A stretch of DNA of 54,170 nucleotides from a virus (IMGVR_UViG_3300030109_000164:1-54170), one strand, 5' to 3'. Shown: positions 38,583 through 47,956, counted from the stretch's first letter. The notes: a model not told the origin generated them from the sequence alone. Translations and numbers: made by a program.

Positions 38583-39908
38583 TTAATGTGATCCTGCTCC
38601 CATTGGTGTTTCATTAAAGAAATGCCCGTTCACCGCATGAGAACCTGTTGTTGGTGAATCACTAGTATCAGTATATATAAAATTAACTAATAGTCCAGCA
38701 TTTGTTAATTCACCGTAAGTTATTGTATCAGAGTTTACAATAGGTTGTCCAATATATCCATCACCACCTATTAAACCTGTAAGCTCTTGAACACCATCGC
38801 TATCAAAAGTATCATCTAATATTACTGTGCTATTTAATAAACTATCATCGTTTGAAATCTGTCCAGAAAAATCTAAAACTCTAAGTCTAAATGAATCTTG
38901 ATTAAATACTCTATTATAGTGTCGCACTGTATCTGAAGCACCACCTAAAAACTTTTCGTTAACTGCACTAAAACCCTCATTAATTAAAAATGATAAATCT
39001 GCTACTTTAGATACTTCGTTACTATTTCCTATATGAAACCCTCTAACTTTACCTGTTTCTGCCCCATCAAATACAGAAACTCTATTAAACAATCTTTCTG
39101 TAGACCCTAATGTTAATGTTGTAGCTATACTTTCTACAGCACTAACAGTATCTGTAGGGTTTAATCCTATAGTAAATGGCCCAAACGAATCAGCCATAGT
39201 AAGACTATCTGAAGGAATTTTATTTGGTTGTAATACTGGAGAATCAGAAACAGTTACAGAATCAGTTTTACCTGCTGGTGTTACAGTCATTGCAGGTGTA
39301 TCACTTGCAGCCACAGAACTAGTTTTGTTATTACCTGTGTTTGCTTCGTTAATAAGGTCTGTAACACTAACACTATCTGTTGGGTTTAGCCCTATACTAA
39401 ATGGCCCAAATGAATCAGCCATAGTAATACTATTTGAAAAACCTTTATTTGGTACTATTAATTGAGAATCAGAAGTAGTTACAGAATCAGTTTTACCTGC
39501 TGGTGTTACAGTCATTGCAGGTGCATCAGAAACATTAATAGGGTCAGGATCAACATCAGAATCAGATAAATCAAAATCTATACTAGAATTTACAATTTTA
39601 TTTGGTGTATCTGTTATATTAACTGAATCAGTTTTAACAAGGTCAACAGCCATAACAGGTGAATCAGAAACAGTTATTGAATCACCAGGTACTTTAGTTA
39701 TTTCTAAAACAAAACTAGAATCAGTCATAGATACTGATTCACTTGCTAATGAACTTGTAGGTACAATTTCAGTTGTAAAACTAATACTTATAGCAGGAGC
39801 TGCAGCATATTTTAAATTAGTAAATGTATTAGAAGCCGATATATTGTTTGCTACAGTAGTAAGAGATAATAAAGTTACTGCAGCATATGTAAATTTTATA
39901 TTAGCCAT
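38583..39908 (-). CDS. Ser/Thr/Asp-rich repetitive structural (fibre) protein
   Basis: Short periodic D-S-[VI]-x-x-x-D units and a 75-aa internal duplication. Confidence 0.7.
   Translation of the reverse strand: MANIKFTYAAVTLLSLTTVANNISASNTFTNLKYAAAPAISISFTTEIVPTSSLASESVSMTDSSFVLEITKVPGDSITVSDSPVMAVDLVKTDSVNITDTPNKIVNSSIDFDLSDSDVDPDPINVSDAPAMTVTPAGKTDSVTTSDSQLIVPNKGFSNSITMADSFGPFSIGLNPTDSVSVTDLINEANTGNNKTSSVAASDTPAMTVTPAGKTDSVTVSDSPVLQPNKIPSDSLTMADSFGPFTIGLNPTDTVSAVESIATTLTLGSTERLFNRVSVFDGAETGKVRGFHIGNSNEVSKVADLSFLINEGFSAVNEKFLGGASDTVRHYNRVFNQDSFRLRVLDFSGQISNDDSLLNSTVILDDTFDSDGVQELTGLIGGDGYIGQPIVNSDTITYGELTNAGLLVNFIYTDTSDSPTTGSHAVNGHFFNETPMGAGSH
39252..39523. repeat. 47-bp exact direct repeat (39252-39298 and 39477-39523), period 225 bp
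   Basis: AGTTACAGAATCAGTTTTACCTGCTGGTGTTACAGTCATTGCAGGTG occurs twice. Confidence 0.9.
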
Positions 39909-40585
39909 TAGCTTATTACATTCCCCATACCATTACCATGAGCAGTACAATAATACTGAGTAGGTAAAGTTCCAGTTGCAGGTACAACTATTGTTACTTT
40001 AGCTCCAGCTTGTCCTGCAGTTCCAGTTACTGTAACACCAGTTGTATATTGACTACCTGATGAATCTTTAAAATGCAATGGGTGACCGGAATTAGTTCCG
40101 TCACTTTGATCAAATATGTAGGTATTACCTCTAACAAAATTTAATACTGGATTACTAGAACCATTTAAATAAAATACATTACCTGTTCCACCACCATATA
40201 AATTACCACTAGCAACTGTTACAGTGTAAGTAGTAGTGCTAGGAGTAGTATCAGAAAAATTTTCTCTAACTCTAAATCTTAATACATCATATACTGTTTG
40301 TAACTGTCCATTAAAATCTACAACAATTTCTCCTTCGTATTCACCAGGGTCTACATTAAGTACATTACCAGAAAAATTAAATTGAACTTTACCATCTGTA
40401 CCATCAGTTAAATTAGTACATGTTATAGTGTTTAAAGTAGAAGTTCCTCCTACTGCTTTAAATTTTACTTTTACTGTTGTTGTGCCAGCAGATACATTTA
40501 AAACTGTATTAGCAACATCATCTGTAAGTGTAACAATAATATTTGGAAGTTCGTCTCCTTTTACTAATCTAATAATATCAGCCAT
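39908..40585 (-). CDS. Structural protein: BppU-like N-terminus + cupredoxin-like C-terminus
   Basis: DGTDGKVQF...GEYEGEI; GNTYIFDQSD..NSGHPL...YYCTAHGNGMG. Confidence 0.6.
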   Translation of the reverse strand: MADIIRLVKGDELPNIIVTLTDDVANTVLNVSAGTTTVKVKFKAVGGTSTLNTITCTNLTDGTDGKVQFNFSGNVLNVDPGEYEGEIVVDFNGQLQTVYDVLRFRVRENFSDTTPSTTTYTVTVASGNLYGGGTGNVFYLNGSSNPVLNFVRGNTYIFDQSDGTNSGHPLHFKDSSGSQYTTGVTVTGTAGQAGAKVTIVVPATGTLPTQYYCTAHGNGMGNVIS

Positions 40586-40593
40586 AAATCACC

Positions 40594-41256
40594 TCACGCA
40601 AATTTCTGTGCTTGTACCCTCATAGACGCTTTTGCTGCACCTAAGTTTGTTCTGGCTCTACGCTCAGATAACTTAAATGCAAACTGTTTAGCGTGGTATG
40701 AAGCTAGTTCTCTATCACTCCATGTTCTATCAGGCAACACTAAAAGATGTTGTAACGCTCCATGCATTATAACATTTTCTAATTCATCTAAAAACTTTTT
40801 ATCCATCTTTGTTGCTGTTCGTAATGGTTTTAAACACACAATCATTCTTATATCATATGTTTTACTATCATCTGGAATAGGAGCAACAGAAAAATTATCA
40901 GGGTCTAACTGTGTTATATATCTTGGCTCAGCTCTTTCATTAGCATCTTGATTAGGCCATTTTGGATATATATCATATAGTTGTTCTATAGTAAGTGGTT
41001 TTAATGAATTACCATTTACTGTAGCAGTTAGAAACGCATGTACCTCGGAATCATCTGGTGCTTCATATGCATAGTCATGTGCACCGGGAACTAACCTTAT
41101 TCTAGGTTGTTCATAACGCCAAGCTAAAGTACGTTCACATGCCTCTATAGCAGCATCACGAACGTACTGCTCTATAACAGGAGTAGGACATCCGGGCACA
41201 CTAGGAGAAAGCCTATTAACAATATCGAGAAAAGTTCTGGTTGTATATGTGGGCAT
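40594..41256 (-). CDS. Head-tail adaptor / tail tubular protein A-like
   Basis: VPGCP..VIEQYVRDAAIEACERT; position after the capsid genes. Confidence 0.6.
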   Translation of the reverse strand: MPTYTTRTFLDIVNRLSPSVPGCPTPVIEQYVRDAAIEACERTLAWRYEQPRIRLVPGAHDYAYEAPDDSEVHAFLTATVNGNSLKPLTIEQLYDIYPKWPNQDANERAEPRYITQLDPDNFSVAPIPDDSKTYDIRMIVCLKPLRTATKMDKKFLDELENVIMHGALQHLLVLPDRTWSDRELASYHAKQFAFKLSERRARTNLGAAKASMRVQAQKFA

Positions 41257-41900
41257 TACGCAACATCCTCCTCATCTAATCCGCCTCGTTCTGTATCAGT
41301 AATAGCTCTGCTTTGTGCAGCTACCCCTAGAGCTTGGGTAAACGAAGTTTGGAATAATTGTGCTCTATTAGAATTAACATGTTCGTTATCTACTGACTCT
41401 GCTATAAATATAGTTGCATCTATAACAACAGGAAAATAACCATCAGGTAGTAAAGCTACAGTTGCATCTCCAGCATAAACAGGAGGAGTTTGTGCATACT
41501 CACCTATTAATGTTTGGTTAGCAGGAGCTTTTGGATATATAAAAAATTTGTTTGCATTTCTAACATGACGCATAAAATTAATAGCAGGACCTGCTGCAGT
41601 ATTCATCCAGGTTGGTAATGATTGGTCTAGTATTTCTCTGTTAGTTTCAATAACACCATCTCCGTTTTTTACAGAATAAATTTCTAACAAACGAATTGAA
41701 TCAGCAGGCATTGACTGCACTACAGCATTTTCTGTAGTAGGTATATCTGCAATAATTGCAAACAAATCAGGTCGCAAAACAGCAATGCGTTTTAACGCTT
41801 GATTTGCAAAACCTAACATTACACTATCACTATATCTTTGTGGTGATACAGTATCTTGTAATATTCGTCTTGCTTCTGTTATTACATCATTTAATATCAT
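41256..41900 (-). CDS. Head-tail adaptor protein (DUF6682-like)
   Basis: ARRILQD...RYSD...IAVLRPD, FFIYP motifs. Confidence 0.6.
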   Translation of the reverse strand: MILNDVITEARRILQDTVSPQRYSDSVMLGFANQALKRIAVLRPDLFAIIADIPTTENAVVQSMPADSIRLLEIYSVKNGDGVIETNREILDQSLPTWMNTAAGPAINFMRHVRNANKFFIYPKAPANQTLIGEYAQTPPVYAGDATVALLPDGYFPVVIDATIFIAESVDNEHVNSNRAQLFQTSFTQALGVAAQSRAITDTERGGLDEEDVA

Positions 41901-42144
41901 TTTCCAAACCTTTGCTAGCTTCTTCAGCTAATTCTGGTGGAGTTTCACCTTTTGGATTAGGTATATTTTCTGTTTCCAAATTTACTTTAGGTGGTCTACC
42001 ACGTTGTTTTTTTGGCATAAACTTTTCAGGAAATGCTTCTTCTTCAGTAACTTCTTCAGTTATTGGATTCTCAGCTAGAATTTCATTCCATCCGTAAATC
42101 TCACCATCTTTAATATTTCTTAACCATCTTTTTTTCTCTACCAT
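41887..42144 (-). CDS. Hypothetical protein
   Basis: 85 aa with SD AAGGAG; contains KQRGRPPK (AT-hook-like). Confidence 0.65.
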   Translation of the reverse strand: MVEKKRWLRNIKDGEIYGWNEILAENPITEEVTEEEAFPEKFMPKKQRGRPPKVNLETENIPNPKGETPPELAEEASKGLENDIK

Positions 42145-42155
42145 CTTTTTCTCCT

Positions 42156-42395
42156 TTATGATTTCCAGTTTACACGACTGGATGAATTTTTCTTTCTCAT
42201 TGCTGTTCTTGCTGCTGCGGTTTTACACTGCGCCATAGTAGGGCGGCAAGCAGGATATCCTCTTTTACTATCTTTTTTTGCTCCGCTTCGCCCACAAGGT
42301 TTACCTGTTTTACAGTCTACCCATCCTTTACCTTTATTCTGGGAAAACCATTTGCGAAGTGATGCACCTTTTTTAGTTTTTCTTACTGCTCCCAT
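42156..42395 (-). CDS. Small basic Cys-containing protein
   Basis: Start set at ATG 42395, 1 nt after the upstream stop; LRKWF...WVDCKTGKPCGR...YPACRP. Confidence 0.7.
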   Translation of the reverse strand: MGAVRKTKKGASLRKWFSQNKGKGWVDCKTGKPCGRSGAKKDSKRGYPACRPTMAQCKTAAARTAMRKKNSSSRVNWKS

Positions 42396-42396
42396 A

Positions 42397-42561
42397 CTAC
42401 GCTTTCTTTTTCTTTTTGCTCTTATTACCCCAGTTAGCTGCACCAACTTTTCTACATTTAGCTAAAGCGCCTGATGCATATGCACTAGGCCAAACTGAAT
42501 AACGAGCTTTTACTTTATGGTAACAAGCATCTTTTTTAGATTTTACTTTTGGTGCTCCCAT
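42397..42561 (-). CDS. Small basic protein (54 aa; not in the ORF track)
   Basis: MGAPKVKSKKDACYHKVKARYSVWPSAYASGALAKCRKVGAANWGNKSKKKKKA; fills the gap. Confidence 0.75.
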   Translation of the reverse strand: MGAPKVKSKKDACYHKVKARYSVWPSAYASGALAKCRKVGAANWGNKSKKKKKA

Positions 42562-42565
42562 AATA

Positions 42566-42814
42566 CTACCATTTTTTGCACGACCAATATCGTGCTGTTA
42601 ATTTACTTGGAGGAGACGTATCACATTTATGTCTCGCTCTAAAACTTTTACGTCTGCCTGGTTGGTCTTTTTTAATTTTCATATTAGCATCTCCAAATCT
42701 AATAATTTTTTCTTTGCCATTTGCGCATGCTTTTACAACAAATTTTTTACCGCCAGAAATCTGACGTCTTGGTTTGTTACATGCCATTTTAGCTTTGTTA
42801 ATTTTTGGTGCCAT
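42566..42814 (-). CDS. Small basic protein (DUF6321-like)
   Basis: KIIRFGD...RRKSFRARHKC...ARYWSCKKW. Confidence 0.75.
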   Translation of the reverse strand: MAPKINKAKMACNKPRRQISGGKKFVVKACANGKEKIIRFGDANMKIKKDQPGRRKSFRARHKCDTSPPSKLTARYWSCKKW

Positions 42815-42984
42815 TATCCTCTAGCCTTTTTTTGAGCTGTAGCACTCAACTCTTTAAAATGAAATAAACGCTTACTAGTTTTAGTATGTGTTTTTCCAGA
42901 ATGTAACTGACCATTTGGCATTTTATGTGTTCCGCCTTTGTGTTCAGTTCCATCACGGAAATAATGTTTCATACCTTTACCCAT
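42814..42984 (-). CDS. Small basic His-rich protein (56 aa; not in the ORF track)
   Basis: SD AAGGAG; MGKGMKHYFRDGTEHKGGTHKMPNGQLHSGKTHTKTSKRLFHFKELSATAQKKARG; TAATG coupling to the next gene. Confidence 0.75.
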   Translation of the reverse strand: MGKGMKHYFRDGTEHKGGTHKMPNGQLHSGKTHTKTSKRLFHFKELSATAQKKARG

Positions 42985-43002
42985 ACTTACTCCTTTGTAA
43001 GC

Positions 43003-43020
43003 GGGGGGCCGAAGCCCCCC
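43003..43020 (-). terminator. cUUCGg-capped hairpin after the capsid genes (attenuator or stabiliser)
   Basis: GGGGGGC-TTCG-GCCCCCC on the - strand; poor U-tract. Confidence 0.65.
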
Positions 43021-43029
43021 TAGTTAGTT

Positions 43030-43488
43030 TTACTCTGAACAATCAACCATTACGGCAGTTAAAGTCATAACTGCTGCATCAGCTGCGTTGTTTATTTTAA
43101 CATCAATAGTATCTGCTGCTGTGTAAAACTTACCGGCTTCAAAAGCATCCGTTCCGGCAACAGTAAGGTAAGCTGCTGTAGCATTACCATTTACTCCGTC
43201 AATATAGCCGTCTGGATTATCACCGTCACCAACGTCAATTGTTAATGTACCACCCTCAGCGGTTGTTACATTTAAAGCAACATTAGTAACTAAAGTATTA
43301 GCGGGAACTCTTATTACTTCAAGAATATCAGAACTTGTAAGTGCAGTCAGACTAGCTGCTGCTCTCTCAGTAGTAATAGTCGCGAAGTTTAAATCCACGC
43401 TTATGGTTGAAACTTTGTTTATGCCTTTAGCAACATGTGCCCCAGCAGTACCAAGTTTATAACCTTTTCCATCATTGTATGTAGCCAT
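43030..43488 (-). CDS. Minor capsid/decoration protein
   Basis: Follows the MCP with SD AAGGAGG; TIDVGDG...YTAADTIDV beta-rich pattern. Confidence 0.65.
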   Translation of the reverse strand: MATYNDGKGYKLGTAGAHVAKGINKVSTISVDLNFATITTERAAASLTALTSSDILEVIRVPANTLVTNVALNVTTAEGGTLTIDVGDGDNPDGYIDGVNGNATAAYLTVAGTDAFEAGKFYTAADTIDVKINNAADAAVMTLTAVMVDCSE

Positions 43489-43498
43489 TTCGCCCTCC

Positions 43499-44404
43499 TT
43501 ATACTGTTACAATCATTGTGGCAAGAGCTTCAGGTTTAACGACTTTATAACCGTAAACTTGAAGACCACGAATGATGTTACCAAAAGTTGTTTCAGAACG
43601 AATAGTTTCCATATTTGTCATCTGTGATGCAAATGTGAATCCCATTGTATGTCCACCAATAACACTGAACTCAGTACCACTTTTTACAAGGTTGTGAGAA
43701 ACAAAAACAGTGAAACGGTCAATCATACCAAGTCTACCATTTCTCAATGGTGTACTTCCGTCACCAGTGATAGATGCATCTTTAAGGTCTGATTGTTTGA
43801 TTAGACCAGCCATCTTAGCAGGAATCACAAGAAAACGATTCTGCTCAGGACAGTTAGCTTCGTCAAGGACTGTACCCATATCTATAATTTTACCAATGAC
43901 ATTAGTTGCGTCAAGAGCTTCAGGAGTACCTGCTACACCAAGGTCAATGTTACCAGAGATTGCTCCAGCTGTTTGACCTTTGTTGTTTGCGGATACACCA
44001 GGTAAAATATCAGCCAAAACTCTTTGGTCAATTTTAATCTTCATACGCTCGGAAGCGTCTTTAGACCACATGTCCATTAAGTTCATGTCTGTTTGTACTT
44101 GGTCAACGTCATCTTCAACGCAAGCAAAATATTCACCTTTATCAATTATGAGTTGTAGTTTAGCTTTGTCAGGGTTCTCTACTGATAGAGTTTGTCCCTT
44201 AACATAGGTTTGAATGGTAATCTCAGGAGTGGTTCGGATATTAACCGTATCACCCATGTTTCTAATTTCACCTTCATAGTCAGTGTTTGAGATTGCTGCG
44301 AGCACTGTGGCATCGTAGAAATTCTCGATGAGTTTCCCCGACCATATTTCAGGAATAAAATTTCCTGTATACTGGGGATTCCCTGATGATGTTGCATAAG
44401 CCAT
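43499..44404 (-). CDS. Major capsid protein
   Basis: FIPEIWSGKL, NTDYEGEI..MGDTVNI, GRLGMIDRFTV, RGLQVYGYKVVKPE; SD AAGGAGGT. Confidence 0.9.
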   Translation of the reverse strand: MAYATSSGNPQYTGNFIPEIWSGKLIENFYDATVLAAISNTDYEGEIRNMGDTVNIRTTPEITIQTYVKGQTLSVENPDKAKLQLIIDKGEYFACVEDDVDQVQTDMNLMDMWSKDASERMKIKIDQRVLADILPGVSANNKGQTAGAISGNIDLGVAGTPEALDATNVIGKIIDMGTVLDEANCPEQNRFLVIPAKMAGLIKQSDLKDASITGDGSTPLRNGRLGMIDRFTVFVSHNLVKSGTEFSVIGGHTMGFTFASQMTNMETIRSETTFGNIIRGLQVYGYKVVKPEALATMIVTV

Positions 44405-44427
44405 ATATGACCTCCTTTATTTGTTAA

Positions 44428-45435
44428 TTAAGCAACGATAATGCGACCTTCTTGCTGTGCGGCAAAAATGTCACGTTCAATACGACCTCGCTCTTCATCT
44501 CTCCCTTTATATTTACCTTTCCTGACATTAGCAAAAAATTCTTTAATATCATTCTGGGTATATGTTTTGGTTTGTCCAGAAGCTTTTACTCCATTGTTTC
44601 TACTTTTACCTGGAGAAACTTGTTTCTGTAACTGAGATTGTTGAGCACTACGGTCAACCTGAGCAGTATTTGTCTTACCAGTTGCCCCTTCCCAAGTTCT
44701 AAAGAACTGAATAACCCTATTTGCATCTAGCTGCTTTTGTGCATCTTCTAAATACGTTTGTCGGCTAATACCAGTTAAAGGATCAATTTCTAATAACCAA
44801 GACTTAAATGCTTCGTCATTATTAATTTCATTCCAATTTGGTACTTCATTAGAAATAGTAGTCCAAAATGTTTGCTCACCGGATTTCTTCTGTTGTGCTT
44901 GTACCTGTTGTACTTGAGGTAAAACACCTTGAAGCTGTCCTAGTTGTTGTTTCAACTGTGCAATCTCTTGAGAAACTTCCTCACGAGCTGCTTTCTTCAT
45001 AACAGTAATTGAATCGCCGTACTCTTTAACATCGTCATCTGTAATTAATTTAGCAGTTTGAACTGGTGTTTGTTGAGCAGGTTCATTCTTTACTGTACTT
45101 AGCAGTTGTTCTAGTTGAGACACACGGGAAGTAAGGTCTCTGTTCTGCGAGTTTAAACGCGGAACATCAGAATTGTACATCCCTTGCAAAGACTTATATT
45201 TCTGTTGCCAGTTATCTTTCGGTTCTTGGTCGCCTGACTCCGTTTGCTCTTGCGGTTCAGACTGAGGTGCTTGTTCTTCCACACTGTCGGAAGGTATAGG
45301 TTCTTCTACATTATTAACAACAGGCTCAGTAGTAGCCTCGGCTTTTGCCTGTGCTTCTTCTGGTTCTGGGTTAATTTGTTTATACAACTCTTGTACTTCC
45401 TCTGATTGTTTTTGAACTTGCTTTGGTATTGACAT
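44428..45435 (-). CDS. Scaffolding protein
   Basis: Acidic, Q-rich coiled coil between portal and MCP; C-terminal AQQEGRI. Confidence 0.75.
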   Translation of the reverse strand: MSIPKQVQKQSEEVQELYKQINPEPEEAQAKAEATTEPVVNNVEEPIPSDSVEEQAPQSEPQEQTESGDQEPKDNWQQKYKSLQGMYNSDVPRLNSQNRDLTSRVSQLEQLLSTVKNEPAQQTPVQTAKLITDDDVKEYGDSITVMKKAAREEVSQEIAQLKQQLGQLQGVLPQVQQVQAQQKKSGEQTFWTTISNEVPNWNEINNDEAFKSWLLEIDPLTGISRQTYLEDAQKQLDANRVIQFFRTWEGATGKTNTAQVDRSAQQSQLQKQVSPGKSRNNGVKASGQTKTYTQNDIKEFFANVRKGKYKGRDEERGRIERDIFAAQQEGRIIVA

Positions 45436-45469
45436 AATCGCTCCTATCGGTATGCGTAATTAACAGCTG

Positions 45470-45691
45470 TCATTTTGACTTTGCTGAAAACGTTTCAGGG
45501 GACTGTTCTATTAATCTAGTAATTTCTGACAAAACTTGGCACCGCCCCTGTGCAAGTGCTGTGTTTTGCAAGACACTTGGTAGCGTCTGTAGCTCGTGAT
45601 CACGCCATTCCTTTAGCCATTCTAAGACTTCAGGATATTGACGACACACTACTGCTATAGATTGAACAACCTCTGGTTTTGGATTAATCAT
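45470..45691 (-). CDS. Small portal-adjacent protein
   Basis: 73 aa; ATGA overlap with the portal stop; AQGRCQVL. Confidence 0.7.
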   Translation of the reverse strand: MINPKPEVVQSIAVVCRQYPEVLEWLKEWRDHELQTLPSVLQNTALAQGRCQVLSEITRLIEQSPETFSAKSK

Positions 45692-47730
45692 CCAGCACCT
45701 CCAGTGTCGCGGTTGCTCACTGTATTACCATCCATTCCTCCTTTAGGAGAACCATCAGGTTGAGTAGGTGTAGGCTGTGCTTGCTGTGTTTTTTCTTGCA
45801 TAGCTTGCATTTGTGCTTTCACTTTGTCCTCAAACTTTTCTTTCTCTCTAGATGGAATAATGTCATCTACAGGCATTTGCAAACTCTTAGCCACTTCACG
45901 AAGAATCGCTGCACGGCCATCCTTACCAACGATTGCCATATCGGTTTCGTTGGCGGTTGCATTAAGAAATTCTAAACGGCGAACATTTACAGTTTCTTTA
46001 ACTGCAAGGTTAACTGCACCTTTTGGTACAATGTTAACATCGCCTTTAATTGATTCATCTTCATCATAACGCATATTATACACAAACTGTCTGTGTACTA
46101 TTGGTTTAATAATCTCGTTATCTATGTGCATAACTACTTGTCGTATACCTTTACCAGCTGCACCCATTAACATAGATAATCCAGAAGATGTTCTGCCAGC
46201 GCCTTTGACATCCAGGTCACCATACACATATGCTGGTATACCTGAATGGTCATCGGCTAGCTTGGAGAATTTATCATAAACACCTAACAATGTATTTGCA
46301 TTGTCATCTGGTTGTGTAAATCTAACAGCAGGTGAACTAGAACCCAATGGGTCATTTGTTACTTGCCAGATTTTCCACGGGTGGAGTTGCGTGATGTCTT
46401 CGTTCGGCGGGATTCTTTCGAGGTTGACTTCGACTTGGGGGCCTGACGAAATGCCCATATTGTTGACCAAAGCTCTCGCAGCCGCGTTACACACATTTTG
46501 TAAATCTTCAATAATTTCTGGTATACCTTTACCCCAAAACGCACCGGGGCATTTAATAAACGAACTTTTCGCATAAGGTTTTTCTCCTAAAGGGTCATAG
46601 TTTAAAACTGCTTTAATGATATAATTACCTACAGCCCAAACATTAGCATCATATTCTTTTGATTCATCGGGTACTTCTTCTTCAGTAAGTCCCCACTCTT
46701 TTAACATCTTACCACTTACTTTACCCCAGAACTCTAAAGCATCATAAGTTGTAGTAGGTTTGTTATGTGTATGAAACTTTCTTTCTTCATTTTCTTTAGT
46801 AAGTTCTACGTCTTCACTAAACCAAGATGTACCATTACCAATGTCAAGCACTTCTTTAATAGCATCATCATCGTAACCTGGAACACCAACTAAGTCTGAT
46901 AATTCCGAACGGCTCAAAGGATGATGTTGAAATAAATAACCTTCATTAAGATTAGTTATACCCGGTTCAGGATATATTCTAAATGGATCGACCCTTTCAA
47001 ACTCTGGAGCAATAACTTCAGCTGCTTCTACAGTAGTTCTACCATTTTCATATTTCCAACCAAGTTTTCTTTGTCTACGAACCACAGGACCTTTGACAAA
47101 ACCACAGGGGTAAGTAACCAAATCTGTTATAAAATCATTAAAGGATTCGCCCCAGCCACCTTGTGTAAACTGATCTCGAATCTTAATATCCATTTTTTGT
47201 GCACGATTATCTGCAGCTTGCAATAATTTAAAACGATAATTTTGTGTTACCATTTCTTTTAACTCAATCATTTCTTCTTGGGTTGGTGCTTGTCCGTTCA
47301 TCTCAACAACTTTTACAACTTGTTCAGCAAACGAATTTTCTATCTCTGCAGTTTGTTGTGGTGATAAATCTGGAATAGGTGTAGGTTCTAAACCCCACGG
47401 AGGTGAACCTTGGTCAAGTAAAATATCTCGTAGCCAACTTTCAGCCGCACGACATTTTACTTCTGTAATCATCATATAAACATCAGACCCACCTTGTTGA
47501 TTAATCTGTGCTAATTTATCTGCTTCATATTCTCCGTTTCTTTGGCGAAGTCCTTTTAACATAATGTTTTCAATAGGTTTCTTTGCCATTCTTGCAGCAT
47601 CCCAACATGTTCGTAAGTGAGAAGCTAAGCCAATGATAAGAGGATCATTTTGTCTTTCAGCAATATCTTTTTTTATAGCAGCTTCTTCTTGCTTTACTAA
47701 ATCTTCATTGCCTATGACTTTTAATACCAT
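45688..47730 (-). CDS. Portal protein
   Basis: 680 aa after terL; ERVDPFRIYP, ALEFWG, FWGKGIPE, RTSSGLSML. Confidence 0.85.
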   Translation of the reverse strand: MVLKVIGNEDLVKQEEAAIKKDIAERQNDPLIIGLASHLRTCWDAARMAKKPIENIMLKGLRQRNGEYEADKLAQINQQGGSDVYMMITEVKCRAAESWLRDILLDQGSPPWGLEPTPIPDLSPQQTAEIENSFAEQVVKVVEMNGQAPTQEEMIELKEMVTQNYRFKLLQAADNRAQKMDIKIRDQFTQGGWGESFNDFITDLVTYPCGFVKGPVVRRQRKLGWKYENGRTTVEAAEVIAPEFERVDPFRIYPEPGITNLNEGYLFQHHPLSRSELSDLVGVPGYDDDAIKEVLDIGNGTSWFSEDVELTKENEERKFHTHNKPTTTYDALEFWGKVSGKMLKEWGLTEEEVPDESKEYDANVWAVGNYIIKAVLNYDPLGEKPYAKSSFIKCPGAFWGKGIPEIIEDLQNVCNAAARALVNNMGISSGPQVEVNLERIPPNEDITQLHPWKIWQVTNDPLGSSSPAVRFTQPDDNANTLLGVYDKFSKLADDHSGIPAYVYGDLDVKGAGRTSSGLSMLMGAAGKGIRQVVMHIDNEIIKPIVHRQFVYNMRYDEDESIKGDVNIVPKGAVNLAVKETVNVRRLEFLNATANETDMAIVGKDGRAAILREVAKSLQMPVDDIIPSREKEKFEDKVKAQMQAMQEKTQQAQPTPTQPDGSPKGGMDGNTVSNRDTGGAG
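46359..46574 (-). CDS. Candidate nested basic protein in the +1 frame of the portal gene
   Basis: 71-aa ORF with SD AGGAG 9 nt upstream; portal codons here are abnormally C/G-ending. Confidence 0.45.
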   Translation of the reverse strand: MRKVRLLNAPVRFGVKVYQKLLKIYKMCVTRLRELWSTIWAFRQAPKSKSTSKESRRTKTSRNSTRGKSGK

Positions 47731-47731
47731 A

Positions 47732-47956
47732 TTAAGTGTCCAAATCCTTCATACTCATTTCTGTATCTTTGTCATTTTTATCTGTATAAACCTTACCACC
47801 TTTACCATACTTAACAACTGCACCCATATCTTTTACTTCAATTTCTCCACCTTCTTCCATCATTTGTATAGTCATTTCATTAGACATTCCGCTTGTATCC
47901 ATCTTTGGATTATCTGAATATATAATAGATTTTTTGTGTCCACACTTACCTTTCAT
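47732..47956 (-). CDS. Small protein with xxGGx[IV] motifs
   Basis: Start set at ATG 47956 after AGGAGG; MEEGGEI, YGKGGKV. Confidence 0.7.
   Translation of the reverse strand: MKGKCGHKKSIIYSDNPKMDTSGMSNEMTIQMMEEGGEIEVKDMGAVVKYGKGGKVYTDKNDKDTEMSMKDLDT

Noticed and set aside
39252-39523. DGR template/variable repeat pair
   Set aside because: An in-frame tandem duplication with no adenine-specific differences, and no reverse transcriptase gene was found.
44179-44397. 72-aa same-strand alternative-frame ORF inside the MCP gene
   Set aside because: It starts 7 nt after the MCP start, has no SD of its own at suitable spacing and no recognisable features.
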